From assembly GCF_964204645.1 (NCBI RefSeq), contig NC_134030.1, positions 5,002,778 to 5,066,777 on the forward strand: DNA of 64,000 nt. Direction: 5' to 3'. The notes beneath the pieces were generated by a model. The model searched no databases. It saw only the letters and a program-made list of their open reading frames with translations, and had not been told where the DNA came from. Positions 33,677 through 51,846 of this stretch are shown piece after piece (position 1 is the stretch's first letter; each line of letters starts with the position of its first letter). This stretch comes from Tubulanus polymorphus (taxonomy: Eukaryota > Animalia > Nemertea). The translations under genes were made by a program, and so were the position numbers.

Positions 33677-36600
33677 CTACGCTTTTCCTTCGACGCCACG
33701 AAACGTTCCACGAATCGCATCCGCGTTTTCTTTATCCTTCGCGTGTTGATGTAACAAACGCTGCAAATCGATATAGTCCACCGTTTCCTCCTTCGCCGGT
33801 TGCGATTTAGCCTTAGGAGGTTTCGTTTTCGGCGAGCGCGCACCGACTTTGACGCCATCTTCGGCCGAATTCTTACGCGAGTGAGGTTTCTGGAGAGTTT
33901 TCGCGTATTCCATCGCCTGAAATAGAAAATATTCATAAGATTAGATTGAATCAGGATCCAGTTACAAGATTTTTTTGCTGAATAAATCTTGATAAGCCTT
34001 GAACAACTTTTATCTTTTCCACCCCACTGGTAAAGGTCATATACGCCCAACTGCCCGTCTGCCCCATGATACTTACAGCGTGTCTTTTTGAAACTGTTGG
34101 TGTGATGACCTCGCGCTCTGGTTTAGGTCGAGGCTTAGGAGGTTTAGCGTGCTGACCGCTCATCAGGTTTTTCTCGCGCAGCTGACGAGCGTACTCCGCT
34201 TGCCGCAGTTTCTTCTCCAACTGAAGAAAGAAAATCAAATCAAATTTGAATTTACTGAGTTATCTGAATGATTATTCATCGCACGAATCTGGGACATTAA
34301 CTTGAGACCTAACACTTGAAGCACGTTCTCTACATGCCTATTGCTTTTCTAATAAATTTACCTTTTCTTTGTGAGTTTCGTTATCAAGGTTTGGTCCGAG
34401 TCCGCCGAGTTTGATTTCTAATTGTAGTTTCTTATAATCGTTTAAACTGTACGGTTTGTAGCTGACTTCATGATGTTTCTGTTTCTGAAATTGAGCCAAA
34501 TATCCTTCTTCCTCCTACAAACACAAATAACATACAATACATGTCTGTTCAGTGTTCTACCACTAGGGGGCATCAGTAATTTATATATGATACAGTACCT
34601 GATTATTAGGGTCGCTGTAGTAAGGGGGTATCGGCGGAAGAGGTGAGTACGGATTCGTCTGTAACTGCTGACGACCTCCTTTCGTGAGGTCCTCGGATCT
34701 CGGAGATAGGAATTCATTATCTGGCCGGTACGGATCTGAATACTGCAAAAAAAAAGAACGAATAAAGATATCAACGACGTGTCATGTCAGTGTTTAAAAA
34801 ACCCATATAAATGGTAATCTGATTAGATAATATGGTGAGGATATGGCCACTTTTTATGGACTGTAATGATGAAAAGCTTAAGTCCAACTGAAGAATTGAA
34901 TAAAACTTTTGAAGCGTAAAAGCATATCAAATGTAATGACCATGAAATGAAATGGAGCTCTGATGATCTCTATATTGATTATCTAATCAAACATTTAAAA
35001 ACTTATTCGTAAATGCATGCAAGACCTTACGGTATTTAACAATCATGGTTTCATATGAATAGACAGGCACATGCTTGAATTTATAGCTCATACAATATTA
35101 CAAATATAAGCATGTTAAATTGAATACGTTGGATACAATGAGTTCATGAATAACCGAATTATCAATCCGTATTCTGCAAATTTATCCCAGGATGTTAAAT
35201 GATTCATACAAATCTCCTCCATATATCAGTGACGTGGCGTTGAATTCAATTCAACATTTGACCGGCTTCACGCGCGTCATTACACTGACAATGTTCCCGA
35301 TATATTTCTGTCTGGGAACGTTTGGTAACGCGGCCAGTTTTCTCGTGATGGTGCAACCCAGGTTTCGCGATCGGTTCTTGTACGCTAATTATTTGATCGC
35401 GTTGTCGGTCTCCGACTGGATTGTATGTTTATATCTAACCGGTCTACCCATTCTACAGTACATTCTCTACACGATCAACCCTGATCTCATCATTCAATTC
35501 CCTAGTTTTAATTCGTGTGTTATATACGAGTTCATTTTTATAATGTCCGGGTACGTGAGCTCGTGGATCATGGCTGCGATAACCGTTGAACGTTTCGCCG
35601 TCGTAGTTTTCCCGTTCAACTCTAGATTCATTTGTACGCCGCAATTGTCTAAAAAAGTAACGCTATCTATTCTGATCGTGAATTCCGCCGCGTCGCTCTG
35701 GATCATATTAACCTTAAAATACGAAGACGATTTCGGCTGTTATTCAGAATACACGATACAACAAATATTCTACGTATATAGCATCGTGTACAGCTGTATC
35801 TTGCCTCTTTTAATAATAACTAGTTCAAATGTTATCATAATCGTACATTTGTTTAAACAGTCAATGATAAAATCAATTTCAACCGACGACAAAAAAGCTA
35901 CTAAGACGAAACGAACGACTTTAATGCTGCTTACAGTTTCTATTGTGTTTCTGCTCAGTACGATGCCGTCCACTATCGTTGTTTTCCTCCCACTGGATCC
36001 GCAGACCAGCGAATACATCGAGATTAACGTATTGAATATCATACACGTCGTAAACTTTGTGGGAAATTTCTACATTTATTTATTACTAGGCACCGAAATA
36101 CGCAGATACTTTCTCACGAAAATCTGCTGCAAGCAGTAAAACAAACACGTCTGCAGGGCACCCCCAGCCACAATTCTTGACAGGTTCCTTGTCTTTAAAT
36201 CGGTTAAACTTCTACCCTATACATGCCTATTAATAATTGCAACTGCCATGGTGAAAAAAAAAACTAAACCATAAAATTTTTCTTTTAAATTTGGGTATTT
36301 CGACTGAACCCGCCTGCATTTGGCCCGGAATGTCTGGTATTCATATCGTGCATTAGTTTACACAGAATAATTCACCGGTATTCACATATTTCTGGCATAT
36401 TTACAGTGGGTTCGACTATCTAAACAATACCTGGTTTATAAAGAAGACATAGATATTTACTGTGTGAATCTAGTGTAATACAATGACAAAAGAACTGAAA
36501 ATTGCTGAAAGCTCTATAAATCTATTTAAGCCTATAAACACCTATTAAACAATTATATTAGGCCCATATGAATAGCCTGCACATATAGGCTATGCCAACG

Positions 36601-39600
36601 TATGTATAACTCATAGATCTTTCAAATATGAATCCAATTGTCAAAGGATTTAGGACAGACCCAGAAGAAAAATTTCTCATCACAATAGACAATAATCCCT
36701 TTCTTGCTGCTCAACTTGATCTTGATTTATATTACTGTAGTTTGTTTCAAAAAATTTCATCAAAACTGAAGTTTGTTTCCAACCATTCTATCGATGAGGG
36801 GAGTTTTAATCAATGATTGACTCATTAAGGAATCAGTAAACTGCAGCAAATTGATTAAAACCATCGACCAGACAAGGTATATCATCTAGAAATTTGACAT
36901 TTCTAAGCTTAAAGAATTATCTTCAAAAATGTTTTACCTGTCAAACTAAACATACAATAGAAATTACTTAAAAGCAAGATGATCAGGGAATAAAGGATCG
37001 AAAATAAATACCTGGTATTGTCTTTCTACAGCTCCTGCTGAAAGAGTTTGTTGAGGCTGGTATATTCTCTGTGTGTCACGTGGTGAACCAGCAGCAGCAG
37101 CACCGTGTGGTGGAGGTTGTTGTGGAGGTGGCTGCTGCTGCTGTTTAATTTGGTTTAACTGATTCGGTGTCATCAACTTCAGATTAATATCGACTGCGAC
37201 TCGCTGTTCGCGTAGATCGTTATCGTTCCACACCGGTTTAGCCGGCGGCGCCATCTGCTGTTGGTTATCATTATCGATGTAATCGTAACTACGCGGCTGT
37301 ACACCAGGTGGCGGTAAACGCCGCGATACTTGCGTCGACGGGTAAGCGTCGCTAGCGTAACCGCGTTCCTCCGGCTGGTAATTCAAACGGTTATCGCTGT
37401 TGTACTTTTTAAACATTTTCGGTTTATTTTTCCCGGACGACTTCTGACGTTTTTGATCTTGTAGATCGCGCATTTTCTGATTCCAGACTTCCTCTGCCGA
37501 CTGCGGAGGTCCCGCCGCGTGATTCAACACGTCCGGTATCGAACCCGTACTGTTCGACGCTCTGATACTAGGTAACGGTGGTTTTCTCGTAAACGAATCC
37601 CTCCTCGCCGGCCCCGTTGGTTGTTTGTTCAACGTTTGTCTCTTTTTATACGCCTGGTTATACGATCCTTCCACTTTTTTCACGACGATCTCTTGTTTAT
37701 TTTTCTCTATATAATCGACGACGGGTCTTTCATCGAACGGGAAGTTACTGACTAGAGGTTTATTATTGGGAACTGGTTTTTTGTTTGTTTTCGTTGTTTT
37801 GTTCATATTATGCATTTTGCGGTCGTATTCGCTGTCGTGCGACAGCGTACGCGCGGCACCTTGGCGTCGATTCTGATACGCTTCCAACTCGCTCGCGAGA
37901 TCGATCGTCGATAGTTCCGATTCGCGACGTTTCATTTCCGAGTCGCCGGCGCTGCTCGATCCCGGGTCGTCGTAGATACCGAGGTCGTCGTCGTTGTGAC
38001 TGTACGGAGCAGACGCCGGCTGAGATTGCGGTGAATAATGAAATTGAGCCGGATGCTGACGGGTGTGACTGTATCCCTGTTGAGGCGGTCCCTGTTGCTG
38101 CTGGTACTGTTGAGGCGGCCCCTGTTGCTGCTGGTAATGTTGAGCCGGTCCCTGTTGCTGCTGGTACTGTTGGGACGGTCCCTGTTGCTGCTGGTACTGT
38201 TGAGGCGGTCCCTGTTGCTGCTGGTACTGTTGGGGCGGTACCTGTTGCTGCTGGTACTGTTGAGCCGGTATCTGTTGCTGATAAGATGGATATTGTCCTA
38301 TCGACGGATTATCGTATTCCTGTTCACGATATTGTCCTTGTTGGGGCGGGGAATTCGGTTCATTTCGATCGTAATCGTACTGTTGTACGGGATGTCTGTT
38401 ACGGTCTCTGTGTTGTTGAGGGTGATAATACGACTGATCTGTTGGTGGTTGTTGATTGTAGGGTATTTCTCGCGCGTAGTTCTGATCACCGATGTACTGC
38501 TGTGGTTGATCAAATTGTTGATCGTTGTAACCTCTAGCCAGTGGTGTGATGTATTGTTGTTGTTGCGGGTGTCGCGTTGTTACTACCGTATACCGACCTG
38601 TAGAATCTGGCTGCGCTTCGTAACGCGATGAACCCGTTTCCGCGGCCGGCACTCGCCGTTCATCCTCGACGCCACCTACTGGCTGTTCTTCGTACCGATC
38701 GGACGGCTGATGATAATTCGTCAATCGGTTTTCGTCGGCGTAACGATTAGAATCGATCCAGTGACGAGGCTGCTCCGATCGGTCGGAATGAAGCACGAAC
38801 GGCGCTGGTTGTTGGTGACTGACGGCTCCACGAGGCTGCGGTCTCGGACCGGGCCGCTCCACCTCATTATTGAAACTATCCCTAGAATAAACACCGACAA
38901 TAGGGTTATTACTAATAATATGATCGGACATTTCGTTATTTTCTCTACTGGACGGCGCGTAATCGCTTTTTTTGTGCGTGCCTAAATGCTTCGCCGGTGC
39001 AGGGGGCGCTAATCTACGGTGTGGATTGTAATCTAAACTATCTACGAGCTCGTCGCCGCTACTATCGCCATCTATTGAGTCCGTGTCGAACCCGACGACT
39101 TTCTTTTTCGGTGGTTGCGGTGATCGCAGTGAGATGTTAATCGGTGCACCGGATGACTCTTCCGGTAAATCCGTCTGCAGCGAGTTCAAATCTAACCTCG
39201 GTACGGTCGGGTCGTAGATGATGTCGTCTCGTCGCTGATCGGCCGGGAATCTCTGATTCTCGATATCGTATTCTCTCGCCTCGACTCGTTGTTTCAACTC
39301 CTGCTGATACGCCGCTTCTCGTCGTAACGTTTCCTCGTCGTCTTGGATCGTGCTTTCACGAACGTCTCGATCTACCGTCACCGGCGCCTCCTGGTGTCGA
39401 CGAGGCTGACTACTTCCCGAATTTCCGCGTAAAACGTACTCGTGATTTCGATCATGTCGATCGTTGTAATCTTCGACTCTGCTGCTGACGAAACGAAATT
39501 CTTCCTCTTCCGCGCTATTTTCGGGCCAATCGACGTACACCTTTTTCTGTTGCTGCTGAGCCGTCAATTTTCGGCTCATATTATTACTGTCCGGCTTGAG

Positions 39601-39693
39601 TTGTTCGTCTTGCGTTGTATCGCGGAGCAGGGATAACAGAGCTTGATTGTCGGTATGAATGATTCCTTCGCCAAAATTGTCTTCTTCACTCAT
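33677..39693 (-). CDS. JHY: JHY (juvenile hydrocephalus, C11orf63) homolog, cilia-associated
   Basis: Exons 37012-39693 (very large, low complexity), 34599-34742, 34362-34514 (GYL..YSLNDYKKLQLEIKLGGLGP), 34077-34220 (KLRQAEYARQLREKN) and 33677-33916 (AMEYAKTLQKP...LQRLLHQHAKDKENADA). These C-terminal motifs match the JHY domain as I recall it. A probable 5'UTR exon ends at 40394. Confidence 0.82.
35192..36139 (+). CDS. Intronless rhodopsin-class GPCR (FMRFamide/sex-peptide receptor-like group), nested antisense in a JHY intron
   Basis: 315-aa ORF with seven hydrophobic segments: TM1 GN, TM2 YLIALSVSD, TM3 C..TVERFAVVVFP, TM5 LP, TM6 FLLSTMP, TM7 NFVGNFYIY. The C-terminus ends in CC. Confidence 0.92.
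   Translation: MLNDSYKSPPYISDVALNSIQHLTGFTRVITLTMFPIYFCLGTFGNAASFLVMVQPRFRDRFLYANYLIALSVSDWIVCLYLTGLPILQYILYTINPDLIIQFPSFNSCVIYEFIFIMSGYVSSWIMAAITVERFAVVVFPFNSRFICTPQLSKKVTLSILIVNSAASLWIILTLKYEDDFGCYSEYTIQQIFYVYSIVYSCILPLLIITSSNVIIIVHLFKQSMIKSISTDDKKATKTKRTTLMLLTVSIVFLLSTMPSTIVVFLPLDPQTSEYIEINVLNIIHVVNFVGNFYIYLLLGTEIRRYFLTKICCKQ
38074..38281 (-). repeat. Coding 30-nt tandem repeat (about 7 x QQYQQQQGPP)
   Basis: Plus-strand units like tgttgaggcggtccctgttgctgctggtac lie within the large JHY exon. Confidence 0.9.
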
Positions 39694-40471
39694 TTGTGGT
39701 GAAATGCAATTTAATTTTCTCCATTTCTGTGAGAAGACACAAAGCTGTCATTCGCTGATAATGTTTAAACCTACAAATATAAAGAATGCAGAATGATGTC
39801 AGTTTTTCTTGATACCCTTCTGTTTTGGCATTAGGACTGGCGTGGCCGAGTAGGGGTTATTAGGAGGGTGACCAAGCGGTTCTGTAGTCAGTAACTTGCC
39901 TGTGACATTGTGTTTGTGTGGTTTAGTTTCATGACCAGATATTTTCCCAATATAAGCCCATCTGATTCTAATAGCTTACCACCACCAACGAATTTAACTT
40001 ATGGTTCCTATTAGGCCTACTAGAGGTAGCTACGCCACAGGGTGTAAAAAATGGCAGTCAAAAAGGTCAGCTCAGAATCTGTCGCCGAGTCTCAGGAGGA
40101 CTCCGCCCTAAATTGTGGTGCGGGGGCACTGCAGCATTTGTTATTTCTTATCTATCTACAAACCCAGCAGATGATAAATATATCATGGATTGGCCGTGGG
40201 AATGAAAATTCAAATTGAAATCAAATTTTGTTGTTTTCGCCTGTGCTGCTGCTGCTTCAGTGCTTGTCGTCATCTGACATTTTTAATTTTAGCCTCTCTC
40301 TGTCTCGGTTTTTTCGTTGTTGACCTTTATTTTCGTAAAACCAAAGAGAATTGTATTGTATGTTGTTGTTTAGTAAGACATATTTTTACATACCTATCCT
40401 TCTCAATGACAATTTAGTCCTTCTTTAGTATATACTTTAGTATGAGGCCTTTCCAATAAATAGCGTATGCA

Positions 40472-40485
40472 GTTTCCATAGTAGC
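40472..40485. promoter_or_regulatory. RFX X-box candidate in the JHY/CUL1 divergent promoter
   Basis: GTTTCCATAGTAGC versus consensus GTTNCCATRGNAAC (1 mismatch), about 80 nt from the probable JHY first-exon donor. Confidence 0.55.
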
Positions 40486-41164
40486 AATTAATAGTGGCAG
40501 CACCGTACAGTGCGCGAGATAGAAATAAAAACACGGATTCGGCGTAAAAACGGCTAGGGATTTAGCGGATTTCCTACTGCGGTGCGCGAGTAAAAATCTC
40601 CTACTGCGGCAAGCGAGTATTCTCGTTCGCCGTACGAGAATCGATGTGATATCGCGAGAAATAACAAAAGAATGCTTTAGCACTATTTCATCGTATACCC
40701 CTACATTTTATCGAAAATCGAATTAAAATGATTGGTAAATGAAGCGTCCGTTCACAGATAATCATCACAGAAGCGGCAGTTTAATTCTGAGCTGAGAGCA
40801 GGTAAAATAACCCTTCAATTAATTCACATTTTTGGTATGGTAGGCTACCAATGAATTAAAGGAGAGCCTACTCACTCTGAGTCTATTTCAATTTTCATTA
40901 TCACTCAAACCTTCAACTAGAACTAAATTGAAAAAATCTCATTCGTTGTGCTGGGTCTAACTCATAGCTGCTGCTTTTCATGGGCTAACGTTTCAAAAAA
41001 TGGTAATTTTTCTCTTATCTTAAAAAAAATTTAGTTGCAGTGCTACAGCGGGCTGCTAAAGTCGAGACATCCCCAACAACGTCCAGCATAGATAGATAGA
41101 CCGTCGTCACTTCATAATCAACCGTTAACCGTGATCTACACCACTAACCGGACGGTGACCTGAA

Positions 41165-48785
<7,621 letters not shown>

Positions 48786-50010
48786 TGATATAGACCAAGC
48801 ATTTTGGGTAAGCATCATCAACTTCTCATTTAAGTGAGCTTATTGAGTTCTATCATGCGATCCTCTAATCGGTCCAAACTCGTCAAACCTACATTCGATT
48901 TCGTGATATTTTCGTTTCAGGTTTTAACCGTTTGTACAAATAGAAGCTTTCATAATACGATGCGTTCACACGAAAACTCACTCAAATCGCACATGCAAAC
49001 ACACAGTCGTCGTCTACCGGTATTTGTAGTATGGTGCTCCGCAAAGAACTAGAGAGAGAGAGAGACAGAGATGATGTGAACGTATACAACATATCTTTAT
49101 CAATCACCACAATTATCAAGCGATGGTTTTATTGTGGATCGACTACAGCTGTGGTGCCAGTTTCAGCGGCTGATCTACCATCGCGACATCGCGCATCAAC
49201 GACGATTAATCATTCCCGGGAATTAAGGGAATTTTACACGCAGTGCCATAGTTCGTTCGTAGCCCGGGTCTACTAGGTACATGCATATTACTCGGACTGA
49301 ACTCGGAAACTATGATTTGTTTCTAGTTTCGACCTGGAATCGAAGGTCCACTACGCGTATGCTTGGACTTGACTGCTCTCGTAAGCCATGTTTTGTTCGG
49401 ACGTGAATTAACGAGTTTGTCGATACGATGTAAATGTCGAGATTGACAGACCCTGTGTTTGAACTGTTGATTCAGTTCATTTCGTGCTATATAATCAGTC
49501 GTAATATACTGATTTTCTAGCAATGTTATTATTATCATTATCATTATTATTATCATTACAAGAAGAATTATTATGTGCTTATCGTAGAATATTATCTTTC
49601 TGCGAAGATGATCGATAAACGCGAGTAACAAGGACGAACGGTGAAACCTTTGGAAGAGTGCTCCGTGAGCCGTTTACAATGTGATAATAAATCGAACTTA
49701 GTAAAATTGAATGTGGCATCATGTGGAGATAGAGAGAGAGAGACTGGTATTATCTATCATCATCAAAATTTCTCTGCTTGCGGCAGAAAAAACTGAATGC
49801 TGACTGCGGCATGTGAATGATAAACTATTATTCTCTATCATCCTGTCTTTGTATGTACATATAAATGCATTATACACTCGCGTATTATTTATGTGTGAGA
49901 AAAAAATGAATTCGATGGATTTTCTAAAATATGATGTGAGACATTTCTATAATCTGTATAAGTGAAATCATTTCTCTGTGATGCCCTGTGTAGTGGCGAG
50001 CGACACGTGA

Positions 50011-50400
50011 CAGTGGAACCTTGTTACTTCAAATTTTCAGGGACCAATTAATATTCAGTTCATTTTAACCTCGTTAATTTATCACAGGGTCCCTATGACT
50101 CCCTTGTTATGAGCAAAATGCCTGAAACTCCGTTAAAACTTCAATTTTGAGAATAAGGCAATTAAAAATGTTTTTAGTAGTACAGTAAACTACCCCTCAA
50201 TCATAATGATTTGTAGGAGTCTACTGTAATAGGGATATGAAAGTGATGAAGACACTTCTGGAAATTTTCTCCTTTTAAACTCCTTAAAAACTCTGTATAT
50301 CAAGGAATGACCGATCTGTTGGGACCCTAATTCAGGTATTTCCATTTGGATGGATTATTTCAGTTATAATTCGAGGTTGTTTTAACGAGGTCCCGCTGTA
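50011..50400. mobile_element. pogo/Tigger-like MITE containing a nested hAT-like element, downstream of CUL1
   Basis: Outer ends CAGTGGAACCTTGTTA / TAACGAGGTCCCGCTG-TA. Inner element about 50085-50329 with ends CAGGGTCCC / GGGACCCTA. Confidence 0.55.
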
Positions 50401-51846
50401 TTGATTGTGAAGTAATTACCTCTCTGCTTCTTCGAGAAATCTCCTATTATTGTTCCTCTGTTGAGATGTTGAATCGTTAAAATCGACAACTATTCAAATA
50501 GTCCTATTGTTTTGCTGTAGATTATGTCTTGTAACCCGTAACGTGCTATCCTCCTCATTATTAATAGTCATTTTGAAATATTAAGATGCCCACTCAACTC
50601 TTCTGATGGTACCATTGTGTATTTATACTGCACACAAACGCCATCTATCAGATAACTGTGAAATTTTAGCTTCGTGTTTTGGGATATGTTGTTTTTGGGG
50701 ATACGGGAAATGGCTTTTCGAGTGATCAAATATTCATTTCGTTTTGGGAGAGGACTTCAATTGACCCAGCAAACTGTTATTTTCAATCCGAATTTCCTTA
50801 TTAATAATTCTTGTGCAAAACCATACACGCGTAGACCATTCTATTTGTCACTGATTCTGTGGCTAAGATGGAATGAAAATTCGGAATTTTCCTTGAAAAG
50901 TGAAAATTTTGGTTCACGTATTTTCAGTTTCTACTATGTAAATCTGTAATTACACTTACAAAGTTTTTAAGGTTTTCATTTCAGTTGCCTGATTATTTAA
51001 TAACTTATTTGATCAAACCCTTACTCGGCTGGTGAAAGAATTCCGATATTTTTTTCACAACTGGAATTATTCTTAAAAAAAAAAAACTTGCGTGAAGGAT
51101 TTGTTGTATGAAAATAACACATTGATTTTGTGATTGGTAATAAAAAACCCATGAGCAATTCATAGTTTATGGACTGTATTTCAACTCGGTGTTGTTCATT
51201 CACTGTATCAGTAGTTCGTCGGAAAATATTTCAGTTCGAATTGGATTTCTCATTTTGAAAGGGGAAACTAGTCTTTGGAATCATGCAGTTTCGAAATGGA
51301 AAAATTCGCTACCTCGTCATTTTGCCATCTTTGCTGATATTACGCAGCTGACTTATATATACGATTTACTATATATATATAAGTTGTTTACATTGCCTTT
51401 GATAAAACCCCTGTTGATACAATGTCTAAATGTATTGAATGATATAAAAAATTTTTTTTTAATGAGAAAAGGGTTCAAGCATGCAGACGTATTTAAACTA
51501 GATAGAGACGTCCATGGTCCACTGAAGTGTTCACGTGAATCGCGATCTACGGGAATCTGTATACTGGTGATACGAAAAGTACTGGCGAACTCTCTCAAGT
51601 CTTTTCCAAGAAAGATAATCCTTGATAATTGAATTTACCCTGTCACAGGGTAAATTAAATTATCATGTCCATTTGCAAAGCTTATCCAAATTGCTGCACT
51701 TAAGGTGACAGATATGGGACAGACTTACGTACAGGTTCAATGTGGATCACGTTATCACTCTGGACGACGAACGACACGACAGGTGCCCGTTTCACGAGTC
51801 TTCGAGTTTCACGACACGAACTGCTTCACAACACGCCGAGTAAACC

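Noticed and set aside
38074-38281. Regular 30-nt repeats that could suggest a CRISPR array
   Set aside because: No unique spacers, in-frame coding, eukaryotic context and no cas genes.
37785-38631. Long plus-strand ORFs of 250 aa and 197 aa with VPVAAGTVE or Leu-rich repeats
   Set aside because: They are antisense shadows of the Gln-rich JHY repeat and have no independent gene signals.
51696-51708. cacttaaggtg resembling the yeast Zap1 zinc-response element near the ZIP gene
   Set aside because: Imperfect match, and Zap1 is a fungal factor. Probably chance.
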